A stretch of DNA of 64,000 bases from an uncultured Chloroflexia bacterium (GTDB taxonomy: Bacteria > Chloroflexota > Limnocylindria > Limnocylindrales > CSP1-4). Shown in pieces: positions 19,289 through 29,218 of this stretch; within the stretch, counting starts at the first letter, position 1; each line of letters begins with the position of its first letter. Under the pieces are notes generated by a model. The model made no database searches, was not told where the DNA came from, and saw nothing but the letters and a program-made list of their open reading frames with translations. The translations under genes and the position numbers were made by a program. The DNA lies in NCBI GenBank assembly GCA_963779375.1, contig CAVZXW010000024.1:142734-206733 (forward strand), read 5' to 3'.

Positions 19289-20050
19289 CTACTCCGGAAG
19301 GGTCAGGATGTACCCGGTGAAGTCCTTGACGAGCGGGCCGGGGGCGAGCTCGGCGGGCAGGTTCGGCAGCTTGACCTCCTCGTCGTCCGAGAGCGCGATC
19401 CAGTCCACGAGCTCGCGGTTGACGATCAGCGTGCCGACCCGCACCCGCTGGCGCTCGGCGGCGTTGGGGTACTCGATCCAGGCCTCGGTGACGGGGACCA
19501 TCGCCTTGCGGCGCCGGACGTGCAGCAGCGGGTCCGCGCCCGGGAGCGTGTGGACATAGCCGTGGATCGTGTACGGCCCGGTCTGCAGGGTGACCGGGTA
19601 GGGCCGGACGCGCGCGCGTCGTCCCGAGTTGCCGCGAGGTCCGGAGCCCCGCACGGCGAGCAGCTCGTCGCGGCTCACCGTCATCTCCCCGACCTCGATC
19701 GCATGGCCGTCGTCGAGGCCGATCGCGACGGCATCCACCAGCCGGATCTCCTCCTGGACGTTGAGCATGTCCGTGAGCCGGTCGCCCTCGAGCCGCAGGA
19801 ACCCGAAGACCCTGCAGTCCTCCGCGTACCCCGTGAATTCCAGCTCCGGACGATGAGGCTCCCCCGCATGCGGCGGCGGCTGCGGAGCCTGCTCGGCGCG
19901 CGAGCGACTCAGCGCGTCCCGCAGGCGGGCCCACAGGCCGCGATGGATGCCTGCGGACGCGATGCCTGCGGACGCGACGCCGGCCGATCCCACCGGGTGT
20001 GTTCGCTCCCGGCCCATGCCCGCGGGGAGCGCCGGTCCGCGCGCGTTCAC
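19289..20050 (-). CDS. Hypothetical protein with two similar beta-rich domains (DUF6812-like)
   Basis: Overlaps the GGDEF gene stop by 4 nt; two halves each with G-x-hydrophobic...hydrophobic-V-[SN]-R pattern; start uncertain. Confidence 0.6.
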   Translation of the reverse strand: MNARGPALPAGMGRERTHPVGSAGVASAGIASAGIHRGLWARLRDALSRSRAEQAPQPPPHAGEPHRPELEFTGYAEDCRVFGFLRLEGDRLTDMLNVQEEIRLVDAVAIGLDDGHAIEVGEMTVSRDELLAVRGSGPRGNSGRRARVRPYPVTLQTGPYTIHGYVHTLPGADPLLHVRRRKAMVPVTEAWIEYPNAAERQRVRVGTLIVNRELVDWIALSDDEEVKLPNLPAELAPGPLVKDFTGYILTLPE

Positions 20051-21582
20051 GCGGACGCCGCATTCCGTGGGACGCGCCGTTCCCGGGCCCGGAGTGACGG
20101 CACCGGCGGAGCGATCAGGAGCGACGGGTCCGGGACCGGTGCCTGCTGCGCGTAGACGTCGCAGAACAGGTGGACGAGCTGGGGGTCGAACTGGACGTCG
20201 GCATGCCGGCGGAGTTCGGCCACGGCGGCGTCATGACCGATCCCCTGGCGATACGGCCGATCGTGGACCATCGCGTCGTACGCGTCGGCGATCGCGACGA
20301 TCCGGGCGCCCAGGGGGATGTCGCTGCCGCGGAGCCCGTACGGGTACCCATGGCCCGAGAATCGCTCGTGGTGGTGCAGGATGATCGCTCCGGCGTCCCG
20401 GACGTTGGCGACCTGGTCGATGATGACCTGCCCGATCCGCGGGTGCTGGACGACGCTCTGCCACTCGTCGGTTGTGAGGGGTCCGGGCTTCTCCAGGATC
20501 TGTTCCGGCACCGCCACCTTCCCGATGTCGTGGAGCAGGGACGCGACGCGGATGCGCTCGACCTCCTGCTCGGGCAGCCCGAGCTCGCGGGCCAGCCGCA
20601 CGGCGATCGCGGCGATGAGGGATGAGGGCTTGCCGCGGTAGTGCGGCAGCGGGGACACGGCGGCGGAGAGCGCTGCCTCGGCGGCCTGGCGGGCGGTTCG
20701 CCCGACCTCCGCCGCCAGGGCCCGGCCGGCGGGGGTGATCGGCGCGCGGGGGATCCGTGCGTCGTCGTCGGGCTCGCTGAACGCAAACGTCTGGTTACGT
20801 CCGAGCGACTTCGCCGAGTACATCGCCGCATCGGAGTCGCGGATCAGCTCGTCCACGCGCAGGCGCGGGCCCTGGCCTCCGGCCACCCCGATGCTCACGG
20901 AGACCGTGAGCATGGTGCCGTCGCCGGCGTCGAAGCGCTGCTTGAGCGTCAGCAGCCGCAGCTTCTCGGCGACCGCCGTCGCCTCCTCGACGGTGGTTTC
21001 GGGCAGGACGATGACGAACTCCTCGCCGCCATACCGTCCGACGGCGTCGACTTCGCGCAGGTTCTCGCGGAACACGTCCGCGACGCCGCGCAGGACGATG
21101 TCGCCGACGGCGTGACCGTAGGTGTCGTTGATGTTCTTGAAGTGATCCAGGTCGACGAATGCGACCGACAGCGGGCGCCCGTAGCGCGAGGCGCGGTCCA
21201 CCTCCTGGAAGAGCTGGGCCAGCATGGTCGGCCGGTTCATCAGGCGCGTGAGCCGGTCCATCGTGGCGGCCTGCTGAGCGGTCCGCAGGGCCTCCGAGAC
21301 GTCGGCGAGGCCACGCGCGATCGGAGCCAGGGGTCCGAACCCGCGCGGGTCGGGCAGGCTGTCCACGGGACCTTCGGCGAGCCGTGCCAGCTCTGCCTGG
21401 AGCGACACGGCCGATGCGCGGAACGACGCGGCGGACGCGCCGACGCCGATCAGGGAGCCCACGGCGGCGAACCCGAGGGCCAGGGCCGCGAGGGCTCCCG
21501 CACCGGTGGCTGCAACGGCAACGGCGATCGCGCCGAGCACCACGGCCGGGAGCAGGGGCGCTCCCGAGAGCAATCGCGACAT
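20047..21582 (-). CDS. Membrane-anchored GGDEF and HD-GYP protein
   Basis: Two N-terminal TM helices; DLDHFKNINDTYGH, REVD I-site, GGEEF; LLHDIGK, HHHERFSGHGYP. Confidence 0.92.
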   Translation of the reverse strand: MSRLLSGAPLLPAVVLGAIAVAVAATGAGALAALALGFAAVGSLIGVGASAASFRASAVSLQAELARLAEGPVDSLPDPRGFGPLAPIARGLADVSEALRTAQQAATMDRLTRLMNRPTMLAQLFQEVDRASRYGRPLSVAFVDLDHFKNINDTYGHAVGDIVLRGVADVFRENLREVDAVGRYGGEEFVIVLPETTVEEATAVAEKLRLLTLKQRFDAGDGTMLTVSVSIGVAGGQGPRLRVDELIRDSDAAMYSAKSLGRNQTFAFSEPDDDARIPRAPITPAGRALAAEVGRTARQAAEAALSAAVSPLPHYRGKPSSLIAAIAVRLARELGLPEQEVERIRVASLLHDIGKVAVPEQILEKPGPLTTDEWQSVVQHPRIGQVIIDQVANVRDAGAIILHHHERFSGHGYPYGLRGSDIPLGARIVAIADAYDAMVHDRPYRQGIGHDAAVAELRRHADVQFDPQLVHLFCDVYAQQAPVPDPSLLIAPPVPSLRARERRVPRNAASA

Positions 21583-21806
21583 GCCGACACCCTAGCCTTC
21601 GGGAAGTACCGCACGTACCCTTCCGATGGTACCGATCGCCCTATCCATCGGGGCCAGCCCGGCGTGGTGGGTCGCACGGCACGCGGCCCGCTCGGCCGTC
21701 GGCTGTGTCGCTTTCTTCACCGGCACGATGCAGCGGACTGAACGCGCAGGGCGCAGGATACTGTCGACCGGGAACCGAGGCGGTCGGTCACCAAGGAGCG
21801 AATGGG

Positions 21807-22017
21807 ATGCCGGACCTGGAGCAGGCGTTCGGAGAGTTGAAATCGGACCAGCCGCGCAGCGATGCTGCGCCGCCGGCTCGCCAGGCCTGGGACGGAGGCA
21901 TGGCGTCAGGCCGACGAACTCGTGCACGAGGTGGCGGCCGTCATGAGCGAGGTCGCCGCGCTGATCGAGCGCAGGCAGGGGCGCCGCCTGCAGCCGGTCC
22001 GGGTGCGCAACCGCTGA
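21807..22017 (+). CDS. Small hypothetical protein (about 69 aa), one apparent extra base near 21840
   Basis: AAGGAG SD; MPDLEQAFGEL joins RTSRAAMLRRR...QPVRVRNR* if one A of TTGAAATCG is removed. Confidence 0.45.
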
Positions 22018-22062
22018 CCCGGCCGCGGCCACCGGTGCGCTGAAGGCGCCCGGGCAGGCCGC

Positions 22063-22089
22063 GGAAACCGGGAGGACGCCGGGCGCGTA
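22063..22089 (+). promoter_or_regulatory. ECF-sigma-type promoter
   Basis: GGAAAC-N17-CGTA upstream of the lipoprotein gene. Confidence 0.55.
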
Positions 22090-22134
22090 CTCCCGTCCAT
22101 CGCACATGTCGAATGGACCGGGAGGAGTTGTCGA

Positions 22135-22716
22135 ATGCCGTTCCCTGGAGTTGCCACCCACCCACATCCCGCCCCGGGGGCCGCCCGTCCACGCCGGTGG
22201 CTGGGGCTCGTGCTCGCGGCGGGCCTGCTCGCCGGAGCGTGCTCCGCCTCCGCGACACAGGAACCGGCTGCCGCGCCGAGCACCGGCGTGGCTGGTGCCA
22301 GCGGCCAGCCGGCCGCGCCGGCGGGGGTCGGGACCGCCACGGCATCCGGGCTGGGTCCGTTCCTGACCGGGGCAGGCGGCCGGACCCTGTACATCCTCAC
22401 GAAGGACAGCCCGGGCACGAGCACGTGCACCGGCGGCTGCGCGAGTGCATGGCCGCCGTTCACCGTGTCCGGCAGCACGGCGCCGAACGCCGGCGCGGGC
22501 GTGACCGGCAAGCTGGCGACACTCACGCGGTCGGACGGTGGGGTCCAGGTGACCTACGACGGGATGCCCCTCTACTACTTCTCCGGCGACAGTGCCGCGG
22601 GGCAGGCCAACGGCCAGGGCGTGCAGGGCGTGTGGTACGTGGCGCTTGCCGCAGGCAACGCCTCGCCGAGCGGGTCGACGGCGTCCCCGTCGGCGTCCGC
22701 GGCGACTGGATACTGA
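22135..22716 (+). CDS. COG4315 / Lipoprotein_15 repeat lipoprotein
   Basis: Lipobox LAGAC; GRTLY..KD..STCTGGCASAWPP; QVTYDGMPLYYF..D..NGQGV..VWY. Confidence 0.88.
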   Translation: MPFPGVATHPHPAPGAARPRRWLGLVLAAGLLAGACSASATQEPAAAPSTGVAGASGQPAAPAGVGTATASGLGPFLTGAGGRTLYILTKDSPGTSTCTGGCASAWPPFTVSGSTAPNAGAGVTGKLATLTRSDGGVQVTYDGMPLYYFSGDSAAGQANGQGVQGVWYVALAAGNASPSGSTASPSASAATGY

Positions 22717-22850
22717 CGGCCGGCCGGCACCGTCCCATCGGAGGACGCTCCACCGCGGTCCGGGCCCGGCCACGTGCCTGACGGCGCCGGGGAGTGATCG
22801 GCTAGAGTCTGGGCAAGCCCGGCCAGCCCATCACGCCCGGAGGACCCGCC

Positions 22851-24056
22851 ATGCCGCTGCCCGAACGGGCGCTCACGCCAGCCCCGCCTGATCCGATCCT
22901 CGGGCTGAGCGAGGCATACCGTGCCGACCGGCGTCCGGAGAAGGTCAACCTCGCCGTCGGGGTGTATGTCGACGAGACCGGGGCCACGCCCGTGCTGCCG
23001 TCGGTCATCGAGGCGGAACGAAGGATTGCCGGGCGCGGGGGCTCGCGCAGCTACCTGCCCATCGACGGCCGCCCGGCGTACTGCTCGGCGGTTCGGGACC
23101 TCGTGTTCGAGCCAGGGCACGAGGTGGTTGCGAGTGGGCGGTCGGTCACCGCACAGACGCCCGGCGGGACGGGCGCCCTGCGCGTGGCGGCCGACTTCCT
23201 CGTCCAGGTCGGCGGCAACCGGACCGCCTGGCTCAGCAACCCGACGTGGCCGAACCACCCCCAACTCTTCTCGCTGGCCGGTATGGAGGTGCGGACCTAT
23301 CCCTACCTCGACGGGAGCGGCCGCCGGCTCGACATCGACGCCATGCTGCACGGTCTGGCGGCGGCCGCCCCGGGGGATGTGGTCGTCCTGCACGGGTCGT
23401 GCCACAACCCGACCGGTATCGATCCCGACTCCGAGGCGTGGCGGGCCATCGGCGACGTGGTGGTCGACCGCGGGCTCGTACCCATCGTCGATTTCGCATA
23501 CCAGGGCTTCGGGCACGGCCTTCGGGAGGACGCCGACTGGCTGGCGGGGCTGGCCAGGCCCGGGCTCGAGTTCCTCGTCTGCTCCAGCTACTCGAAGAAC
23601 TTCGCGCTCTACAGCGAGCGAGTCGGCGCGCTCACGGTGGTCGCGTCCGATCCCGCCCGAGCCGCATCGGCGCTGTCGCACGTCAAGATCGCCATCCGGG
23701 CCAACTATTCAAATCCGCCTTCGCACGGTGCGGAGGTGGTCGAGACGATCCTCTGCGATCCGGCCCTGCGGGCGCAGTGGGAAACGGAGCTGGCGGGCAT
23801 GCGGGGGCGCATTCGCGGCAACCGCGCGGCCTTCGTCGACGCGCTGCGGGCGGCCGGGCTGCCGGGCGACTGGGAACCGCTGCGGAACCAGCGCGGGATG
23901 TTCGCGCTGCTCGGCCTGTCCGCGTCCCAGGTCACCCGCCTGAGGGATGAGTTCGCGGTCTACCTTGTGGGTGCGGGACGCATCAACGTGGCGGGGCTGA
24001 CCGAGGCCAACCTCCCGAACGTCGTCGCGGCGCTGGGAGCCGTCGTCGGGGCCTGA
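22851..24056 (+). CDS. Aspartate/aromatic amino acid aminotransferase (AspC/TyrB family)
   Basis: PPDPILGL, GGTGALR, HNPTG, DFAYQGFG, SYSKNFALY (PLP Lys), GRIN. Confidence 0.93.
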   Translation: MPLPERALTPAPPDPILGLSEAYRADRRPEKVNLAVGVYVDETGATPVLPSVIEAERRIAGRGGSRSYLPIDGRPAYCSAVRDLVFEPGHEVVASGRSVTAQTPGGTGALRVAADFLVQVGGNRTAWLSNPTWPNHPQLFSLAGMEVRTYPYLDGSGRRLDIDAMLHGLAAAAPGDVVVLHGSCHNPTGIDPDSEAWRAIGDVVVDRGLVPIVDFAYQGFGHGLREDADWLAGLARPGLEFLVCSSYSKNFALYSERVGALTVVASDPARAASALSHVKIAIRANYSNPPSHGAEVVETILCDPALRAQWETELAGMRGRIRGNRAAFVDALRAAGLPGDWEPLRNQRGMFALLGLSASQVTRLRDEFAVYLVGAGRINVAGLTEANLPNVVAALGAVVGA

Positions 24057-24108
24057 TCCGGGCCAACCTCCCGAACGTCGTCGCGGCGCCGGGACCGTCG
24101 TCGCGCCT
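24005..24108 (+). repeat. About 50-bp tandem duplication of the aminotransferase 3' end
   Basis: GGCCAACCTCCCGAACGTCGTCGCGGCGC... at 24005 and again at 24061. Confidence 0.9.
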
Positions 24109-24356
24109 CGGCGCCAGCGGGCGTGGTCCCTCGTCCGGACCGGAGCAGGTCCGGCAGCCCCGTGGCCACGCAGGGTGGGATCCGGGGCAGTCCATCGTCG
24201 GGCCGCCACCGCTGTCGGCACGGGTCCGGTCGCGTGGCAACGGCGCGTCCTGCCCCGCCTACCCGGACGAGTAGAGCCGATCCGGTGGTTGGACCCGTCA
24301 ATTCGCTGCCAACCGGCCGCTGGCCCGGCCCGTGGACAGGTCGATCATGTCGGGCA

Positions 24357-24883
24357 TGTTCACCGCTCAGCCACTCGCCATGGTCTCGCCGTCGACCGTC
24401 CACCTGCGACTCGTGCAACCCGTCTCGCCGGTCTGCCTGGCCGACGTCACGTCGCTGGAGGCGGACGAGCTCGCGTGGCTCGGTGACAGGGTGGACGACA
24501 CGACCACTCCCGAGCGCGAGGCCGGCACGAGGCAGTTCCAGGTGGATCTCGGACTGGCGGCTCGCACGGATGGAACCCGGCCGATGCTTCGCAAGGCGGC
24601 GTTCGTCGAGCTCGGGCGGCCTGTCGCGACGCCCGACGGCTGGCGAATGGCGATCGGTTGGCGCGCCGCCTCCATGGCACCCCTGTTTCCCGTGTTCGCC
24701 GGCCATCTGTCCTGCCGGGGCGGATCGCTCGTCCTCGAGGGTGAGTACGCGCCGCCCGGTGGCGACCTGGGCGTGGTCGTCGATCGCGCACTGCTGAACA
24801 TCGCCGCGCGCCGGACCGCCGTCTGGCTGCTGCGCCGCATCGCCGACGCCCTTTCCGCCGACGGGTCCACGGCGTTCGCGTAG
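24357..24883 (+). CDS. Conserved-looking hypothetical protein
   Basis: LFPVFAG...LEGEYAPPGGDLG..VDRALL..AARRT; start uncertain (24332-24379). Confidence 0.65.
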
Positions 24884-24957
24884 CCTCCGAGCCTGCTTGG
24901 GGGCCCGGGCGTCACCAGGCACGGGCCGAGGACGCCCGGCGTCCCCTGGGACGACAA

Positions 24958-25142
24958 TCCTGCAGATTCGTTCGGTGCGGAACCGTATGTCTGAAGTCCG
25001 ACGGCCGTCGCGGTCGGCGGACGCCCCCTGACGCCGTCCGCGTGCACGAACCGGGCGTGGATCATGCCGGCACCGCCTCGGACCGGGACGTCGGAGCGGC
25101 CGTCATCGGACATACGTATCCGTGCGGACGCGAATTGCAGGA
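24958..25142 (+). ncRNA. Candidate 185-nt rod-like structured RNA (6S-like size)
   Basis: Ends pair extensively: TCCTGCA/TGCAGGA, ATTCG/CGAAT, GTGCGGA/TCCGTGC, CGTATGTCTGA/TCGGACATACG, TCCGACG/CGTCGGA; mismatches are G-U on the plus strand. Confidence 0.5.
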
Positions 25143-25152
25143 AAGCACGGGA

Positions 25153-25282
25153 TGGGGCGCCGGGGCACATGGGGCCCGCGGTGGTCGGGCCGCGTGCATG
25201 AGGCGCGCCGGGAACATGGGGCGCCGGGCACATGGGGCCCGCGGTGGTCGGGCCGCGCGCCCGGTGGCGCCGGGCACATGGT
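25153..25282 (+). repeat. Direct repeat of about 42 bp upstream of kgd
   Basis: TGGGGCGCCGGG(G)CACATGGGGCCCGCGGTGGTCGGGCCGCG twice, plus a partial third copy. Confidence 0.8.
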
Positions 25283-25334
25283 GGCGCCGCGGGCGCCCTG
25301 TGGCGCGCCGGGCGGTTCTGGCAGCTTCTGCCGT

Positions 25335-28300
25335 ATGCGGCTACCCTCGGAACCGCCACCGATGACGACCTCCGATCGCGACCCTCGCGCCCCCGCCGAT
25401 GTCCTGCGCCCCGGCGCCTCCCCGGATTCGCTGCCCCGTTCCCGACGACCGGGCGGAGCCGGAAGTGGTTCGCTGATCGCCTCGACGGCGTCCGGCTCGG
25501 GTGACACCCGGGCCGAGCCAGGCTCCCGTGACGCAGGGGCCGGGGCAGGTTCGGACACCGCCCGGTCCGTGGCGGGCCCCGGTGCGATGCGGAACACGGC
25601 AGGGGGCGTGTCCGCCCGCGGCACCCGCCCGGTCGAGCCCGCCGCGAGCGGTGCATCCCGGGACGGCGAACTGACCGTTCCGATCCAGGGGATCGCGGCC
25701 CGTCTCGTGGCGAACATGACGGCGAGCCTGTCCGTTCCGTCCGCCACGTCGTTCCGCGAGATCCCGGTGACCGCCCTGCGGGATGCACGGGAGCGGATCA
25801 ACGCGTCGATCGCCCCGCGACGGCTCTCGTACACCCACCTCGTGGCGTATGCCGTCGGACAGGCCGCGGCGGCCCACCCGGCGCTCGCCTGCTACTACCG
25901 CGAGATCGATGGCCGCCCGCACCGGGTCGATCCCCGGCGGGTCAACCTCGGCCTCGCCGTGGACGTCGAGGGCCGGGACGGGGCTCGGTTCCTCGTCGTG
26001 CCCGTCGTCCATGGGGCGGCCGATCTCGACTTCGCGGAGTTCGTCGCGGCCTACGACGATCTCGTCGCGCGAGCGCGGTCGGGAAGGCTGAACGTCGACG
26101 ACCTGCAGGGCGGGACGATCACGCTCACGAACCCGGGAACGCTCGGGACCAGCGCGTCGGTACCACGGCTGATGGCCGGCCAGGGAACGATCGTCGCGAC
26201 CGGAGCGATCCGACAGGTCGGCGGCGAGCCGGTCATGACCGTCAGCAGCACGTACGACCACCGCGTCATCCAGGGCGCCGAGTCCGGGCGCTTCCTCCGG
26301 ACCCTCGACGAGCTCCTGCAGGGAGCCGACGGCTTCTACCAGTACGTGGCCGGGTTCCCGGACGTTGGCCTGGCGCCGGCCGGTCGGAGCATCGCGGAGC
26401 AGGCAGGCATCGCGCCAGGGGTCCAGCCATCCACGGACGTGGACGCCCGCGTCGGTGCCGGGCCACCAGGACAACCCGACCTCGCGACACGGACCCCGTC
26501 AGTCCCGAGCGAGGCCGACCTCGCCGACGTCGCCTCGGCCATGGCGCTCGTCCGCTCGTACCGCCAGTTCGGGCATCGCGCGGCGCGTCTCGACCCCCTC
26601 GGCACGGAGCCCGCCGGAGACCCCTCGCTCGATCCGGCCACGTGGGGGCTCACCGCCGACGCGCTCGCCCACGTTCCCGCGTCGGTCCTGCGGGTCCACG
26701 TTCCGGGCGCCACCCTCGCCGACGTGCTGCCCGAACTGCAGCGCACGTACTGCGGCACCAGCGCATTCGAGGTGGAGCACATCGGGAGCCACGACGAGCG
26801 CACCTGGCTGCGCCGGGCGATCGAGTCGGGCGACTATCGCGAGACGCCACCGGCGGACGTGCGTCGGCGGGTCCTCGACCGGCTGACCTCCGTCGAGGCG
26901 TTCGAGCTGTTCCTCCAGCGCGCCTACCTCGGACAGAAGCGCTTCTCGATCGAAGGTCTCGACGTGCTTGTGCCGATGCTCGACCAGCTGATCGATCTCG
27001 CGTCGCGCTCGGGCAGCGACTCGGTCGAGATCGGCATGGCCCACCGCGGCCGGCTCAGCGTGCTCGCCCATGTCGTGGGCGTTCCCTTCGCCGAGATCCT
27101 GGCGGAGTTCGAGAGCACCCAGCTGCCCGCGGAACCCGAGGCGGCCGGAGAAGAGACCAGCGACGTCAAGTACCACCGCGGCGCGAGCGGCACCTTCCAC
27201 GCGCCGGGCGGAGACATCCGCGTGGCCGTGTCGCCGAACCCGAGCCACCTCGAGGCCGTCGATCCGGTCGTCGAGGGCCGGGCCAGGGCCGAGCAGACGG
27301 ATCGGCGGAGGCGCGAGGCGCCTCGCGACACCAGCGTGGCGATCCCGGTCCTCGTCCACGGCGATGCGGCGCTCGCGGGACAGGGCATCGTCGCCGAGAC
27401 CTTCAACCTCGCCCGCCTGCGCGGCTACACGACCGGCGGCACGGTGCACATCGTGGCGAACAACCAGCTCGGGTTCACGGTCGATCCGGCGGACGCCCGC
27501 TCGACGGACTACGCGAGCGACGTGGCCAAGGGCTTCGACGTGCCCATCGTCCACGTGAACGCGGATGATCCCGACGCGTGCCTCTCGGCGGTGCGCCTGG
27601 CGGTCGCCTACCGGGAGCTCTTCCACGGCGACTTCCTGATCGACGTTGTCGGGTACCGCCGGCGCGGGCACAACGAGGAGGACGAGCCCGCCTACACCCA
27701 ACCCCTCATGTACGAGCTCGTCGCGGGACACCCCACCGTCCGTGAGAGCTACATGCGACGGCTCGCGGCGGAGGGCATCGTCGACGAGGCGGCCGCCGAG
27801 GCGGCGTTCACCGATGCCGGGCGGCACCTGGCGGAGGTCCAGGAAGCGCTGCCGAAGACCGGGCGCAGGCGAACGGCCCGGAAGACCGACGAGGCATCCG
27901 CGCCCGGGGGCGAGGCGTCGCACGCCTCCGTCGTTCCCGGCGTCACCGTCGAGGGCCTTCGCGAGCTCGACGACCAGCTGCTGCAGTGGCCGGCCGACTT
28001 CACCGTCCACCCGAAGCTGGTACGGCAGCTCGAGCGTCGTCGCGAGTCGGCGGCTCCGGGCGGCCGCATTCCCTGGGCGCAGGCGGAGGCGCTCGCCTTC
28101 GGGTCGCTGCTGCTCGACGGCGTGCCGGTCCGCCTCACGGGGCAGGACACGGCGCGCGGCACCTTCAGCCAGCGACACCTGGTCCTGCACGACGCACGGA
28201 CCGGTGCGACGCACGTGCCCCTGCAGCACCTGCCGGGCGCGACGGCCTCGTGCGAGATCCACAATTCGCCGCTGTCGGAATACGCGTGCCTGGGCTTCGA

Positions 28301-29096
28301 GTACGGCTACGCGGTCCAGGCCCCCGAGGCGCTGGTCGTGTGGGAGGCGCAGTACGGCGACTTCGCGAACGGGGCCGAGGTGATCATCGACCAGTTCATC
28401 ATCGCCGGGCTTGCCAAGTGGGGGCTCACGTCACGGCTCACGATGCTCCTGCCGCACGGGTACGAGGGGCAGGGGCCGGAGCACTCCAGCGCCCGCATCG
28501 AACGGTACCTGGCCCTCGGCGCCGAACGGAACATCCGGGTGGCCAACTGCACGACCCCGGCCCAGTACTTCCACCTCCTCCGGGACCAGGCGCTCCGCCG
28601 GACGCCCAGGCCACTCGTCCTGATGACACCGAAAGGGTTGCTGCGGCTGCCGGCGGCGACGTCGACGCTCGACGAGCTCGCCGAGGGCGGGTTCCGGGAG
28701 GTCCTGGACGACGATCGCCATGTCGCCGATCGCGGGAAGGTGCGTCGGGTCGTGCTCTGCAGCGGCCGCCTGTACTACGAGCTCACGTCGCCGGAGGCCG
28801 CCCGCTCCGCTCCCGACACGGCGGTCGTCCGCGTCGAGCTCCTCTACCCGTTCCCGGTCCGGGAGCTCCGGCAGGTTCTCCGTCGATACCACGCTCTCGA
28901 GACGGTGGTGTGGGCACAGGAGGAGCCCCGCAACATGGGGGCGCGCAAGTTCGTGGTTCCGGAAGTCGCCGAAGCGGTCCCTGCCGGAATCCCCATCGTC
29001 GAGGTGTCACGGCCGGAGCGATCGAGCCCGGCAGAGGGGTATCACGCGATGCATCGGGCCGCGGAGGCGCGGATCGTGCGGGAGGCGCTCGGCTAG
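25335..29096 (+). CDS. kgd: Multifunctional 2-oxoglutarate dehydrogenase (E2-like acyltransferase fused to E1; Kgd/OdhA type)
   Basis: TNPGTLGT, YDHRVIQGAESG, then KRFSIEG, GMAHRGRL, DVKYH, HGDAA, EAQYGDF, HGYEGQGPEHSS; start uncertain. Confidence 0.9.
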   Translation: MRLPSEPPPMTTSDRDPRAPADVLRPGASPDSLPRSRRPGGAGSGSLIASTASGSGDTRAEPGSRDAGAGAGSDTARSVAGPGAMRNTAGGVSARGTRPVEPAASGASRDGELTVPIQGIAARLVANMTASLSVPSATSFREIPVTALRDARERINASIAPRRLSYTHLVAYAVGQAAAAHPALACYYREIDGRPHRVDPRRVNLGLAVDVEGRDGARFLVVPVVHGAADLDFAEFVAAYDDLVARARSGRLNVDDLQGGTITLTNPGTLGTSASVPRLMAGQGTIVATGAIRQVGGEPVMTVSSTYDHRVIQGAESGRFLRTLDELLQGADGFYQYVAGFPDVGLAPAGRSIAEQAGIAPGVQPSTDVDARVGAGPPGQPDLATRTPSVPSEADLADVASAMALVRSYRQFGHRAARLDPLGTEPAGDPSLDPATWGLTADALAHVPASVLRVHVPGATLADVLPELQRTYCGTSAFEVEHIGSHDERTWLRRAIESGDYRETPPADVRRRVLDRLTSVEAFELFLQRAYLGQKRFSIEGLDVLVPMLDQLIDLASRSGSDSVEIGMAHRGRLSVLAHVVGVPFAEILAEFESTQLPAEPEAAGEETSDVKYHRGASGTFHAPGGDIRVAVSPNPSHLEAVDPVVEGRARAEQTDRRRREAPRDTSVAIPVLVHGDAALAGQGIVAETFNLARLRGYTTGGTVHIVANNQLGFTVDPADARSTDYASDVAKGFDVPIVHVNADDPDACLSAVRLAVAYRELFHGDFLIDVVGYRRRGHNEEDEPAYTQPLMYELVAGHPTVRESYMRRLAAEGIVDEAAAEAAFTDAGRHLAEVQEALPKTGRRRTARKTDEASAPGGEASHASVVPGVTVEGLRELDDQLLQWPADFTVHPKLVRQLERRRESAAPGGRIPWAQAEALAFGSLLLDGVPVRLTGQDTARGTFSQRHLVLHDARTGATHVPLQHLPGATASCEIHNSPLSEYACLGFEYGYAVQAPEALVVWEAQYGDFANGAEVIIDQFIIAGLAKWGLTSRLTMLLPHGYEGQGPEHSSARIERYLALGAERNIRVANCTTPAQYFHLLRDQALRRTPRPLVLMTPKGLLRLPAATSTLDELAEGGFREVLDDDRHVADRGKVRRVVLCSGRLYYELTSPEAARSAPDTAVVRVELLYPFPVRELRQVLRRYHALETVVWAQEEPRNMGARKFVVPEVAEAVPAGIPIVEVSRPERSSPAEGYHAMHRAAEARIVREALG

Positions 29097-29218
29097 CAGC
29101 AGGCGCGCCGCGACCTGGCGCGATGCGGCACGCGATGACCGCCCCGGGCGGCCGCGGCCGATCCGCGTGCCGAGGCGCGTCGAGCAGCTCGACAGCACGT
29201 CAGCAGTTCACCAGCACG

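Noticed and set aside
25150-25290. Possible CRISPR-like repeats
   Set aside because: Only 2-3 degenerate copies, the spacer resembles the repeat, and there are no cas genes.
25335-29096. E2-E1 fusion as a novelty
   Set aside because: Known Kgd/OdhA architecture.
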